Source: an uncultured Candidatus Saccharibacteria bacterium (lineage in GTDB: Bacteria; Bacteroidota; Bacteroidia; B-17B0; Aurantibacillaceae). From it: DNA of 64,000 nucleotides. The stretch is from positions 5,317 through 69,316 of the forward strand of contig CAVXOV010000014.1 of NCBI GenBank assembly GCA_963763345.1, in the 5' to 3' direction. The notes under the pieces were generated by a model. It ran no database searches, was not told the DNA's origin, and saw nothing but the letters and a program-made list of their open reading frames with translations. Position 1 is the first letter of the stretch; each line of letters opens with the position of its first letter. A program made the position numbers and the translations under genes. This document shows, one piece after another, positions 52,004 to 62,771 of the stretch.

Positions 52004-55000
52004 ATGGATATGACAACAGATATAAGAAAAGAGTTAGAAAAAAGAGTTTTGGTAATTGATGGTGCTATGGGTACCATGATTCAGCAATATAAGCTGGAAG
52101 AGAAGGACTACAGAGGTAAACGCTTTGCCGATTTTCATAAAGATTTAAAAGGCAACAACGATTTGCTTTCAATTACTCAGCCGCAAATTATAAAAGCCAT
52201 ACATAAAGAATACCTAAAGGCAGGTGCCGATATTATTGAGACCAACACCTTTAGCGGCACTACCATTGCTATGGCTGATTATGATATGCAGGATTTGGTA
52301 TATGAACTGAACTACGAATCTGCTAAGATTGCCAAAGAAGCGATTGCTGAATTTCTTGCTTCACCCGAAGGGAAGGGAAGAGAAACTGCTTTTGTTGCAG
52401 GTGCTATGGGACCCACTAACCGTACACTTTCTTTATCTCCCAATGTAAATGACCCAGGCTACAGAGCCGTTACTTTTGATGAAATGGTAACTGCTTATAC
52501 CGAGCAGGTTAGAGGGTTGGTAGATGGAGGAGCAGATATATTTTTGATTGAAACCATTTTTGATACGCTGAATGCCAAGGCTGCTTTATTTGCTATTCAG
52601 AATTATTGCAAGCAAATAGACAGGAAAATGCCTGTCATGGTTTCGGGTACTATTACCGATGCCAGCGGAAGAACGCTTTCAGGACAAACTACGGAAGCGT
52701 TTTTAAATTCCGTCTCCCATGTTGATTTATTAAGTATTGGCCTTAACTGCGCTTTAGGTGCTAAAGACATGAGACCTTATTTGGAAGAACTTTCAACCAA
52801 GGCGCCTTTTTATGTAAGCGCTTATCCCAATGCGGGTTTGCCTAACCAGTTTGGCGAGTATGATGAAGATGCGCATACCATGGGGCATCAGATAGAAGAT
52901 TTTTTACAAGCTGGGTTCTTAAATATTGTGGGTGGCTGTTGTGGTACAACACCTGACCATATCAGGCGCATTGCCGAGTTAGCCAAAACAGCAAAGCCAC
53001 GGAAAAAACCCGAGGCTGATACCTTGATGCATCTAAGCGGATTGGAGCCTGTAACGCTTCGCCCTGAAAGTAATTTCATGAACGTGGGAGAACGTACCAA
53101 CGTTACCGGTTCTAAAAAATTCCTGCGATTAATAAAGGAGAATAATTATGAAGAGGCCCTCTCTATTGCCCGCGAGCAGGTAGAAGGAGGTGCACAGGTA
53201 ATTGATGTAAACATGGATGAAGGTATGTTGGATAGCGAAGCTGCCATGACCAAGTTCCTGAACCTGATTGCATCTGAACCTGATATTTCGCGTGTGCCTA
53301 TTATGATAGATTCCTCTAAATGGTCTGTTATAGAGGCCGGGTTAAAGTGTGTGCAGGGTAAAGCTATAGTAAATTCAATCTCTTTGAAAGAAGGAGAGGC
53401 TAAGTTTATAGAGCAGGCAAATAAAATAAAACAATACGGTGCTGCCGTTATTGTGATGGCGTTTGATGAAGTTGGTCAGGCTGATACCTTGCAACGTCGT
53501 ATAGATATTTGCAAGCGTGCGTATGATGTGTTGGTTGATAAAGTTCATTTCCCGCCACAGGATATTATTTTCGATCCTAATATATTTCCTGTTGCAACAG
53601 GCATGGAAGAACACCGTTTAAATGCACTGGATTTTTTTAATGCTACCAAGTGGATAAAAGAAAACCTGCCTCATGCTAAAGTTAGTGGTGGTGTAAGTAA
53701 CGTATCCTTTTCTTTCAGAGGGAATGATCATGTGCGTGAAGCTATACATGGTGCCTTCTTATACCATGCCGTAAAAGCAGGTATGGATATGGGTATTGTA
53801 AACCCTGCACAATTGCAGGTGTATGATGATATTGATAAAACCTTGTTGGAACTGGTAGAGGATGTTTTGTTGAACCGAAGAGATGATGCTACCGAGCGAT
53901 TGGTTGAACATGCCGAAACCCTAAAAGGAATATCTGCACAAAAAACAGAGAAGGACGAAGAGTGGCGCAAAGGCACGGTAGAAGAACGTTTGAGTCATGC
54001 ACTGGTAAAAGGTTTGGTAGAATACATTGATGTGGATACCGAAGAAGCCAGAGTAAAATTGGGCAGACCATTGAATGTAATTGAAGGTCCGCTAATGGCA
54101 GGCATGAATGTGGTAGGTGATTTATTTGGTAGTGGTAAAATGTTTTTACCTCAGGTGGTAAAGAGTGCACGTGTAATGAAAAAAGCGGTTGCATACTTAG
54201 AGCCATTTCTTCAGGCAGAAAAAGATGCGAATAAACTGGCGGGTATTGTGGGAGATGGAAGACAGAACGCAGGAAAGATATTAATGGCAACTGTAAAAGG
54301 CGATGTGCATGATATTGGTAAGAATATTGTAGGCGTTGTACTGGCTTGTAATAATTACGAGATTGTAGATTTAGGTGTGATGGTTTCCTGCGATAAGATA
54401 TTGGAAGAAGCAAAGAAACACAAAGTAGATATTATCGGTTTGAGCGGCTTGATTACTCCATCTTTAGACGAGATGGTGCATGTGGCAAAGGAAATGGAGC
54501 GCCTTAAGTTTGATATTCCTTTAATGATTGGAGGCGCTACTACTTCTAAAGTGCACACAGCTGTTAAGATTTCTCAAAATTATTCGCATCCCGTAGTGCA
54601 TGTTAATGATGCGAGTAAATCGGTTCCTGTGGCAAGCAGTCTTATTTCAAATGAGTTGCGCGCTACGTTTATGGAAGAGGTAAACAAAGATTATAGCCGT
54701 GTGCGCGAGCAACATAAAAATGCACAAGGACAAAACAAGTTTATCTCTTTAGAAGAAGCTCGCCAAAATAAATTCCCTATCGACTGGAGTAAAGAAGAAA
54801 TAACCAAGCCAGCTTTTTTAGGTAACAAAGTATTTGATAATTATTCTTTAACCGAAATTGCCGAGTACATAGACTGGACTCCCTTCTTTATATCCTGGGA
54901 GATGAAAGGCTCTTACCCTAAGATATTAAAAGACCCTGAGAGAGGCAAAGAAGCCACCAAGTTATTTAATGATGCACAGGCCATGCTGAAGAAAATCATT

Positions 55001-55744
55001 AGTGAGAAATGGTTAACAGCAAGAGCCGTTATTGGCATCTATCCTGCCAATGCTATAGGTGATGATATAAGCCTATCCCCAACCCTTTCCGAAGGAAAGG
55101 GGGCTGCAGAGCCTATTGTTTTTCATACAATCAGGCAACAAACAAAAAAACCAAGCGGACAGTATAATATAGCTTTAGCAGATTTCATCAAACCTAAAGC
55201 ATCCTCCCCTTTGGGGAGGACTGAGGAGGGGCTTGATTATATCGGCGCTTTCGCCCTAACCACAGGTATTGGTATTGATGAGCACGTAAAACGTTTTGAG
55301 GCAGACCATGATGATTATAGTGCTATTATGCTAAAGGCATTAGCAGACAGGCTTGCTGAGGCATTTGCCGAGTTAATGCATAAAAAGGTGCGTACCGAAA
55401 TATGGGGCTATGCTAAAGACGAAACCCTGAACAACGAAGAATTAATTAAAGAAGAATACATCGGCATTCGTCCTGCGCCCGGTTACCCTGCACAACCCGA
55501 CCATACCGAAAAACTTACCATTTGGAAACTGTTGGATGTAGAAAAAAACACCGGCATTATACTTACCGAAAGCTTGGCAATGGTTCCTACGGCTGCCGTT
55601 AGCGGCTTGTATTTTGCCCACAGAGATGCACATTACTTTGGCGTGGGTAAAATAAATAAAGAGCAGGTAACAGATTATGCCAAACGCAAAAACATGCCCT
55701 TTGCCGAAACAGAAAAGTGGCTTGGAACAGTTTTGGCTTATTAA
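52004..55744 (+). CDS. metH: Cobalamin-dependent methionine synthase
   Basis: [39 protein letters not shown]; true start is ATG 52004 or 52010, after the terminator. Confidence 0.97.
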   Translation: MDMTTDIRKELEKRVLVIDGAMGTMIQQYKLEEKDYRGKRFADFHKDLKGNNDLLSITQPQIIKAIHKEYLKAGADIIETNTFSGTTIAMADYDMQDLVYELNYESAKIAKEAIAEFLASPEGKGRETAFVAGAMGPTNRTLSLSPNVNDPGYRAVTFDEMVTAYTEQVRGLVDGGADIFLIETIFDTLNAKAALFAIQNYCKQIDRKMPVMVSGTITDASGRTLSGQTTEAFLNSVSHVDLLSIGLNCALGAKDMRPYLEELSTKAPFYVSAYPNAGLPNQFGEYDEDAHTMGHQIEDFLQAGFLNIVGGCCGTTPDHIRRIAELAKTAKPRKKPEADTLMHLSGLEPVTLRPESNFMNVGERTNVTGSKKFLRLIKENNYEEALSIAREQVEGGAQVIDVNMDEGMLDSEAAMTKFLNLIASEPDISRVPIMIDSSKWSVIEAGLKCVQGKAIVNSISLKEGEAKFIEQANKIKQYGAAVIVMAFDEVGQADTLQRRIDICKRAYDVLVDKVHFPPQDIIFDPNIFPVATGMEEHRLNALDFFNATKWIKENLPHAKVSGGVSNVSFSFRGNDHVREAIHGAFLYHAVKAGMDMGIVNPAQLQVYDDIDKTLLELVEDVLLNRRDDATERLVEHAETLKGISAQKTEKDEEWRKGTVEERLSHALVKGLVEYIDVDTEEARVKLGRPLNVIEGPLMAGMNVVGDLFGSGKMFLPQVVKSARVMKKAVAYLEPFLQAEKDANKLAGIVGDGRQNAGKILMATVKGDVHDIGKNIVGVVLACNNYEIVDLGVMVSCDKILEEAKKHKVDIIGLSGLITPSLDEMVHVAKEMERLKFDIPLMIGGATTSKVHTAVKISQNYSHPVVHVNDASKSVPVASSLISNELRATFMEEVNKDYSRVREQHKNAQGQNKFISLEEARQNKFPIDWSKEEITKPAFLGNKVFDNYSLTEIAEYIDWTPFFISWEMKGSYPKILKDPERGKEATKLFNDAQAMLKKIISEKWLTARAVIGIYPANAIGDDISLSPTLSEGKGAAEPIVFHTIRQQTKKPSGQYNIALADFIKPKASSPLGRTEEGLDYIGAFALTTGIGIDEHVKRFEADHDDYSAIMLKALADRLAEAFAELMHKKVRTEIWGYAKDETLNNEELIKEEYIGIRPAPGYPAQPDHTEKLTIWKLLDVEKNTGIILTESLAMVPTAAVSGLYFAHRDAHYFGVGKINKEQVTDYAKRKNMPFAETEKWLGTVLAY

Positions 55745-55745
55745 C

Positions 55746-55864
55746 TGTCATTTCGAGCGAAGTCGAGAAATCTTTGGGCGTTCCGGCGGTTACGCCGGCG
55801 GGCTTTGCACTACAATCTTTTGCTCGTGCCTCACAAAAGGATTTTCGTTGCAATCCCTAACGCA
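55746..55864 (-). repeat. REP/MITE-like palindromic element, copy A
   Basis: Reverse complement begins tgcgttagggattgcaacgaaaatcctttt; adjacent module tgtcatttcgagcgaagtcgagaaatct. Confidence 0.8.
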
Positions 55865-55889
55865 AATTAAAATACCTCTTAATACTAAA

Positions 55890-56750
55890 TTATTGACTAA
55901 CCCATTTTGCTGGTCTATTTATAAAATGCCCGCAAACAACACAATCCCATGCTTCCTCTTCTGTGGCACTTGAGTGTATAGCGGTCATTGAATGAAGTGT
56001 ACAGTTAGGGCATTGTTTTGTTTTACCCTTATATTTAGAATGAATTTCAGCAACCCATTTAATATCTTCTTCATGCCCACAAAAGGTACACTTAATAGTA
56101 TTCTTGTCTTGAATTATAGAAACATCTTGTAAACAACTTTGACATTCAGAGAAATAGAAAGTTTTAGGTTTATCAGATATTTTGTATTTTTCTTTTAAAG
56201 TAACAACCCGAGTACTTACATAATTTTTTACATCCTTAAGGATATTATCAATCTCCTTTGTTCTATCCTTATCCTCAAAAAACTCAGTGAAAATGTAGCT
56301 TCGGTAAAATTCAATATAAATATCAAGACCAATTGAAATTAATGAAATAAGTTCGTCACTTTTAGTTTCGAAATGGAAATGAGCAATTTTATTCCTTATT
56401 TTTCTAATTGTTTCGATGTTTTTCTTTGTTTTATCTGGAAACTTAATGGACGAAATACTTTCAATTCTTTCTAAACAACAATCAAAATTTACACTTTTTA
56501 ATTCTCCATTAAGTAACGTGGTTTTGTTTGCTTTTTTTTGGTTCTGAAATAGTTGAGTCCAGTCAATAGAAGCAATTTTACATTTTAAGAGCAGTTCTAC
56601 ACTTGTTGCTATTGCAATTAGGTCTGCTTTTAAAGTTTTGTCATCTACACGAGAGTATAATGTTCCGTCAAAATTCTTTAACCTATCAATAGCTGGAAAT
56701 AATAAGTCAAAAGAATTATTAAGAATATCTGAGGAAACCCTTTTGTTCAT
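55890..56750 (-). CDS. HEPN-like protein with C-terminal Zn ribbons
   Basis: VELLLK helix, RNKIAH (RX4H), four CxxC pairs. Confidence 0.7.
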   Translation of the reverse strand: MNKRVSSDILNNSFDLLFPAIDRLKNFDGTLYSRVDDKTLKADLIAIATSVELLLKCKIASIDWTQLFQNQKKANKTTLLNGELKSVNFDCCLERIESISSIKFPDKTKKNIETIRKIRNKIAHFHFETKSDELISLISIGLDIYIEFYRSYIFTEFFEDKDRTKEIDNILKDVKNYVSTRVVTLKEKYKISDKPKTFYFSECQSCLQDVSIIQDKNTIKCTFCGHEEDIKWVAEIHSKYKGKTKQCPNCTLHSMTAIHSSATEEEAWDCVVCGHFINRPAKWVSQ

Positions 56751-56770
56751 TACCTATTATTTTCATTAAA

Positions 56771-57376
56771 TTAATCAACACTTTTTATTACCTTAATAAA
56801 GATTTGGATATTATAAGGAATTTCTTCTCCTGTAAAATTTTTAGTTGTCCCATGATAATAATCAATAAATTCTTTTAGAATATCAATTTTAATTTCTTGA
56901 ATTACATACTGTTTGTTTCTATAATACATTGGTCCGCCCACCTTAAAATGACAAAGTATTGTTTCATCTGGAAACTCCTTATTTATTTCCTTTATATCTG
57001 AAGCGTCAAATATGTAATCTTTTTCATCTTCATCTCTTATTGAAAGGCGAGGATAGCTTAGTATTTTTGAAGTATTAACTTTCTTAACTAGTTTAAAATT
57101 ACCGTCATTATCAGAGGAGAAAGGATTTGCTGGCTCATTCTTATTTATTATACCATAAATAATAACAGAGCATATGGTTAGGAATATTATTGAATATAAA
57201 TGTGGATGTGCTGAATCACCATAAGTGTAAAGAATAAGATAACTGATTAGATATAGTGTACTATAAGTAAAAACTTTGCCTTTATTATCTTTGAAAAATG
57301 CATTACCCAACCATATAAATGGAATACTTAATAATACATAAAAAGCAAATTCATATATAGCTTGGTGTGAATTCAT
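56771..57376 (-). CDS. Hypothetical membrane protein (3 N-terminal TM)
   Basis: 201-aa AT-rich ORF. Confidence 0.65.
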   Translation of the reverse strand: MNSHQAIYEFAFYVLLSIPFIWLGNAFFKDNKGKVFTYSTLYLISYLILYTYGDSAHPHLYSIIFLTICSVIIYGIINKNEPANPFSSDNDGNFKLVKKVNTSKILSYPRLSIRDEDEKDYIFDASDIKEINKEFPDETILCHFKVGGPMYYRNKQYVIQEIKIDILKEFIDYYHGTTKNFTGEEIPYNIQIFIKVIKSVD

Positions 57377-57426
57377 ATCCTTGTTTATTCCAGTAATTTA
57401 AAAATGATATTATGAAACAAATCTAA

Positions 57427-57460
57427 TAAAAAAAATCCCGCTACTTGCGTAGCAGGATTC
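57427..57460 (-). terminator. Intrinsic terminator after 57482..58213
   Basis: Minus strand aatcctgctac-gcaa-gtagcgggatt-tttttt. Confidence 0.8.
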
Positions 57461-57481
57461 CATTTATACTCCATCAACCTA

Positions 57482-58213
57482 CTAAGTAATAATCACAATT
57501 ATGATGCTACTCTTTGGGCCATCTAAGGCTTCGTTGGTTTTGTGTTTCCAATAAAAACTCATGGCTACGCGTTTGCCAATTGTGTTTAATGCTAAATGCA
57601 AGGTGTGGTTTGCTTTGGTAGAAGTGGTTGCCGTAGTTAATAAATCAGGTGTAGCAGGTATAGCATCTGTTTGGTTTAGTATTAAATAATCTATCCCTAA
57701 ATGGTATCCGGCTAATAAATGAGCACGCTTGCTGCTTTTATCGGCGCGGGCTTCGTAGTGTAAACTTGCACCGCCAACACCTTTGGCAATAATCCACACT
57801 TGGTTAATAGTAGCTACATGTCTTTCAGTTAGTACGCCGCTACCAACTACAGGGCTGTTGTGTTTAATATTAAACATAATAAAATAGTTAATATTAGTAA
57901 CGGTTGGCGAGCCTGCCGCAATGCGGTCTAACACGTGGTTTGTTTTATCATACGCACGAGCAGCTTTAATAATGGCATGTATTGCCTTTGTGTTTACAGG
58001 GTTGCCACGCGGGTTGGCACTATATATAGTATATAGTGGTGTTATTTGCGCGAGGAAGGCTTGCCATGCAGCAAGTTCTGCCGGTAGCCAGTTAAGACGC
58101 TGCCAGTTTAGGTTAGTAAACGGAGCAGGACTGTTTAAAATTAGATACGCACAAGTTGATTGCATAAAAGCAAAAAACTTTACAATTGGTTGAGGAACAC
58201 GTTCTGTTGCCAT
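57482..58213 (-). CDS. Hypothetical protein, helical N-terminus + C-terminal Ig/FN3-like domain, no signal peptide
   Basis: ...P..PDLL....STKA.H.L.....GKRV.M...W....GPKS.I C-terminal beta-sandwich pattern; A-rich leader; own terminator. Confidence 0.7.
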   Translation of the reverse strand: MATERVPQPIVKFFAFMQSTCAYLILNSPAPFTNLNWQRLNWLPAELAAWQAFLAQITPLYTIYSANPRGNPVNTKAIHAIIKAARAYDKTNHVLDRIAAGSPTVTNINYFIMFNIKHNSPVVGSGVLTERHVATINQVWIIAKGVGGASLHYEARADKSSKRAHLLAGYHLGIDYLILNQTDAIPATPDLLTTATTSTKANHTLHLALNTIGKRVAMSFYWKHKTNEALDGPKSSIIIVIIT

Positions 58214-58338
58214 AGCTTTTGTTTTTTTTGTTTAGGTTTTTATTATTTGATTAATTGTTTGCAACGTTAGATGAATGTACGCAAATCATAAAATTTATTA
58301 ATAATTATTATGGTTTTAGCTTGATTGGTTTTTCAAGA

Positions 58339-58569
58339 CCTGAAAGTTTGCAGATGTACATCCAATAGTTGTGGATGTGCATTGAATACTTTGCGATGAA
58401 GCTTGAAGACTTCTGGATGAACATCGAAGACTTTTAAATGCGAGCTTGAAAACTTGGGATAAACATTGAAAACTTCTGAATGTAGCTTGAACACTTGCAG
58501 ATGTACATGGAATACTTTTGGATGTAGCTTGAAGTGTTTTAGAGCAAGCTTGAAAAGCTTTAGATGATG
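58339..58569. repeat. Degenerate 21-bp tandem array (11 units)
   Basis: Consensus (C/A)TTGAANACTTNNNGATG(T/A)A(C/G); units 21 nt except one 22 and one 20. Confidence 0.85.
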
Positions 58570-58587
58570 CTTTTAAACAGTATGGGC

Positions 58588-58710
58588 TGCGTTAGGGATT
58601 GCAACGAAAATCCTTTTAGTAATCTAAAAGATTGAAGTGCAAAGCCCGACGGCGCGCTTAGATTTCTCACATTCGTTCGAAATGACACAGCGCGCGCCGG
58701 AACGCCCAAA
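58588..58710 (+). repeat. REP/MITE-like palindromic element, copy B (inverted relative to copy A)
   Basis: First 30 nt identical to reverse complement of 55835-55864; agatttctc..cgaaatgaca module nested inside. Confidence 0.8.
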
Positions 58711-58776
58711 ATTAAAGCAGTTAATACCTTGCATTAAAACAACCAAACTTTAGCTAAGTTTGCAGGGTTGATATAG

Positions 58777-60675
58777 ATGAAGCCTTACCTTACGCGTATT
58801 AAATTTCTGTTGGCAAGCTACCTGCTGGCTTTGCTTCTGTTAAGCCTTGCACGCATTATTTTCTTTGCTATTAATAAAACCAATTTCACAGGCATAAGCA
58901 CTACTGATTTTGCAGCTGTACTTTTTTATGGTTTGCGTTTTGATGTAATAACGGCAACCATTGTAAATGCGCTTTTTATCTTCTTAGTCATATTTCCTGT
59001 ATCGTTTTTTCAGCATAAGAAGTTCAGAACCCTGCTTACAGTTGTTTTTGTTAGCACCAACCTATTGGCATTAGCGCTTAATATGGTTGATATGGCTTAT
59101 TTTCCTTACACCTTAAGGCGCAGCACAGCAGAAACTTTTAGTTTCTTCTTCCAAAAGAATGATGCAGGCACCCTGCTTCCGCTTTTTATAAAAGATTTTT
59201 GGTATCTGTTTGTACTCTTCTTTGTCTTGCTGTTTGTATGTATAAGGTTGTATAAACGTATAGAAAAGAAGTTTTTGCAAGCATACACCCAAGAGGATAA
59301 CAGCATCAAAAGTCTTTCCAAAAAGAGTATTAGTTTTCTTTTGTTGGCAGGATTAAGTATTTTATCTGTACGTGGTGGCTTTCAATTAATACCCATTGGT
59401 ATTATTGATGCCGGTAATTTTGTTAAACCACCTTATATCCCTTTGGTTTTAAACACACCGTTTTGCATTATAAAATCGGGCGAGTTATATACGCTGGATG
59501 AAAAGAAATACATGAGCGAGGAAGAAGCTAATGAACTTATTAATCCTATAAAAAAGTATGCATACCCTGATGCTGATTTTAAGAATCTGAATGTGGTAGT
59601 GGTTATTGTAGAAAGTTTATCTAAAGAATATACCAAACTTGGAAAAAGAAAAAGCTATACGCCTTTTTTAGATTCGTTGATGGATAATAGTTTTGTATAT
59701 ACCAATGCTTTCTCAAACGGGAAGCGTTCTATAGAGGGTATTCCGGCCATTGTAGCTTCAATACCTTCTTTTCAGTCTGATTACATCAGTACCGTATACA
59801 GCAATGATAAAATAATGAGTCTGGCAAGTGTGCTTAAAACAAAAGGATATACATCTTCTTTTTTTCATGGAGGGACGAATGGCACGATGAATTTTAATGG
59901 CTTTTGTGCTACTGCAGGGTATGACAAGTATTTTGGGAGAAGCGAATATGATAACGAGAAAGATTATGATGGCAATTGGGGTATTTGGGACGAACCTTTT
60001 TTGCAACGCATGGCAAAAGAACTGAATGAACAAGCGCAACCCTTTTTATCTACGGTGTTTACATTAAGCTCGCATCACCCGTTTATAGTGCCTGAACAAT
60101 ACAAAAATAAATTCCCCGAAGGGAAACTGCCCATTAATAAGTGTATTAGTTATGCGGACTATTCATTAAAACAATTTTTTAGTACCGCTAAAAAAAGCAA
60201 GTGGTTTGCCAATACCTTGTTTATTATTACAGCCGATCATACAGGTAATTCAGAAGATGCTGTGTTCGGAAATTCATACGGTAATTATCAAATCCCTCTT
60301 TTCTTTTATTTGCCCGATAATTCTTTAAAAGGATGTGATACTATAGTGACACAACAGTTGGATATTATGCCTACCGTATTAGCGATGCTTAAATACAATC
60401 AACCCTTCTTTGCTTTTGGAAATAATCTGAAGGATAGTGTACAAAATAACAATCGTTTTGCCATCAACTATTATAATAATCTTTATCAGTATTTCTCTAA
60501 CGAAGAGATGTTTCAGTTTAACGGAGAAAAATTATTGGGCTTATATAACTATAGAATAGATAGCTCACTTGCCGTTAATATAGTTAAGGATAAACAAATG
60601 TCGGATAAAAAAGTAAAAGCGTTTATCCAGCAATACAATAACCGGGTTATTCATAACCAGCTTAGTGCACAATAA
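58777..60675 (+). CDS. LTA synthase family / sulfatase-like membrane protein
   Basis: 5 TM, VVIVESL, RSIEG, TLSSHHP, TADH. Confidence 0.88.
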   Translation: MKPYLTRIKFLLASYLLALLLLSLARIIFFAINKTNFTGISTTDFAAVLFYGLRFDVITATIVNALFIFLVIFPVSFFQHKKFRTLLTVVFVSTNLLALALNMVDMAYFPYTLRRSTAETFSFFFQKNDAGTLLPLFIKDFWYLFVLFFVLLFVCIRLYKRIEKKFLQAYTQEDNSIKSLSKKSISFLLLAGLSILSVRGGFQLIPIGIIDAGNFVKPPYIPLVLNTPFCIIKSGELYTLDEKKYMSEEEANELINPIKKYAYPDADFKNLNVVVVIVESLSKEYTKLGKRKSYTPFLDSLMDNSFVYTNAFSNGKRSIEGIPAIVASIPSFQSDYISTVYSNDKIMSLASVLKTKGYTSSFFHGGTNGTMNFNGFCATAGYDKYFGRSEYDNEKDYDGNWGIWDEPFLQRMAKELNEQAQPFLSTVFTLSSHHPFIVPEQYKNKFPEGKLPINKCISYADYSLKQFFSTAKKSKWFANTLFIITADHTGNSEDAVFGNSYGNYQIPLFFYLPDNSLKGCDTIVTQQLDIMPTVLAMLKYNQPFFAFGNNLKDSVQNNNRFAINYYNNLYQYFSNEEMFQFNGEKLLGLYNYRIDSSLAVNIVKDKQMSDKKVKAFIQQYNNRVIHNQLSAQ

Positions 60676-60683
60676 ACAAGAAC

Positions 60684-61921
60684 TTAAAGGTTTATAGAGG
60701 CTAATACCTTTGCGGTAACATTAGCATTACTTTCAAAATAGGTGCTTAGCTTTTCTTTCACTTCACCAATAGGATAATTATCGGCTAAGAAGGTATTAAA
60801 CACGTCCAAAAGCTCTTCGCTGTTGGCAACATTTACGGCTATACCCAGTTTAATTAAATCAACAGCTTCGTTGTACTTTTCATAATCATTACCATAAAAA
60901 GCAACAGGGATTCCATATACAGCAGGCTCTAACGTATTATGCAAACCACTATCAAAACAACCGCCTATATAAGCACAATCTGCATAATAATACATTTTAG
61001 ATAATAAACCCATAGTGTTTACTATCAATAACTGAGCTTCATTATTAATTGATTCTGTGTAAAGAGAATAACTTAGCTGATGCTCTTTTAATTGATTTAT
61101 GGTTTCTGCTATACTGCTTTCATCTATATTATGGGGAACAAGAATGAGTTTAATATTTGCATTCTTTAGTTTAGTGAAAGCACCTAAAATTAAGGTCACA
61201 TCTTTTTGATAAGTACTGCCTGCTATAATTAATTTAGCATTTCCTTTAAAGGATTCTATTTGAGGAATTGGTTTGAAATTTGCTCTTATTTGCAAAACAC
61301 GGTCAAAGCGGGTATCTCCAAAAACCTCGTAATTAGTAATGCCAATAGTTTTTAAAAGCTCTCCTGATTTTTCATCTTGCAGTAATAGTTTATTAAAAGT
61401 CTTTAATGATTTTCTGAAAATATGTCCGTACCATTTAAAGAAAGGATGGTGAGGTTTAAAGATGGCAGAAACTAAAAAGGTTGGAATATTCTTTTCTTTT
61501 AATTGAAACAGGAAATTGAGCCAAAACTCATACTTAATAAAAATAGCCAGTTTAGGTTTTACAATCGCTATAAAGTCTATAGCATTTCGTTTAGTATCTA
61601 AAGGTAAATAGCAAATAATATCTGCTCCATCCCAATCTTTAAAAGCCTCATAACCACTTGGAGAAAAGAAGCTTACTAATATTTTATAATCAGGGTGTTT
61701 CCTTTTTATGACTTCTATCAATGGTCTGCCTTGCTCAAACTCCCCGTAAGAAGCGCAATGTATCCATACCAGTTGCTGTGTATTTAATTCAGTAACCTTT
61801 TCTGAAAGATTCCACGCCAATTCTTTCTTCCATTTACCCAGTATTTGGCTTTTTGTTTCTTTAATGAAGCAAGCCTAATTACAAATCCGTAAAGTAAAAT
61901 AACAAGGTTATAAACCCACAT
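60684..61921 (-). CDS. waaA: Kdo transferase (N-terminal frameshift near 61815)
   Basis: ATG 61921 MWVYNLVILLY...GRKNWR, then WIHCASYGEFEQ, DTRFDRV, HNTLEPA. Confidence 0.9.
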
Positions 61922-61925
61922 AGTA

Positions 61926-62699
61926 CTAGTTGTAGTAATACTCCTTAGGAGCTTTTTGGTATAGGGGCAGTAGCCAACCTATTTTAAAACCTAACAGAAT
62001 ATCTAAACGTTGTTTACTATCAGAACTCATCGTGTCATATTGATAGCCGCGTAACCCGGTAGTAATACCCTCCTGAATTTGAATACCTGCAAACCAGTTA
62101 ACCATTCGGTTTCTTGCTAAAAACATATAACCGATAAATTGCTCAGAAGCAGGACCGGCAGTTAACCTGTCATATCCTTTCTTTAAATTACCATTAATTT
62201 GAGGTAAGCTTTTATCAATGTCATAAATATTTATTTTATGTTGCATATAGCCAAAACCTATATGCAGAAACAAGCCGCTGTTTTTATTTTTGGCAAACTT
62301 ATTTATAACAGTTCCTATAACGGCATAAGCAGTAAAACCACGTTCATTAAGTCTTACGGCACCCGGATTTCCGGCACTACCAGTAATTGTATTCGAACTA
62401 TTGTACATATAATCTAATGGATCTTCTTTTACATTGTTGCCAAAAATGTAATTTCCCTCCAGTCCAAAAAGCAGGTTTTTACCCGTTTTATACAGAAGAG
62501 GCACACCTGCTGTGATATTATCACCAAAGCGGCTTTTCATATCTCCAAAAGGTAAATCTCCTGCCATGCCAACACCTATAATCATAATATGATGGCAACT
62601 ATCTGAGTATTCTATGCGACGAGAGCCCATTTTCTGTCTTTGAGAAAAGGCAGAAAGGCTTACAATAAGTATTAAAGATAGAAGAAGATACTTTTTCAT
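61926..62699 (-). CDS. Hypothetical outer-membrane beta-barrel protein
   Basis: Signal peptide, alternating beta strands, GYDRLT motif. Confidence 0.7.
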   Translation of the reverse strand: MKKYLLLSLILIVSLSAFSQRQKMGSRRIEYSDSCHHIMIIGVGMAGDLPFGDMKSRFGDNITAGVPLLYKTGKNLLFGLEGNYIFGNNVKEDPLDYMYNSSNTITGSAGNPGAVRLNERGFTAYAVIGTVINKFAKNKNSGLFLHIGFGYMQHKINIYDIDKSLPQINGNLKKGYDRLTAGPASEQFIGYMFLARNRMVNWFAGIQIQEGITTGLRGYQYDTMSSDSKQRLDILLGFKIGWLLPLYQKAPKEYYYN

Positions 62700-62771
62700 G
62701 AAATGGTGGGCGAAGATACAGTAAAAAAATAATTTTATGCAGTAACAATTAACTGTTTAATTTTATGCGGT

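Noticed and set aside
55599-55973. Short ORFs 55599..55853 and 55677..55973
   Set aside because: They read through the REP-like element and the metH end; no independent coding signal.
1320-60039. Numerous 60-210 aa ORFs overlapping larger genes on the opposite strand or in other frames
   Set aside because: Shadow ORFs of well-supported CDSs with no motifs.
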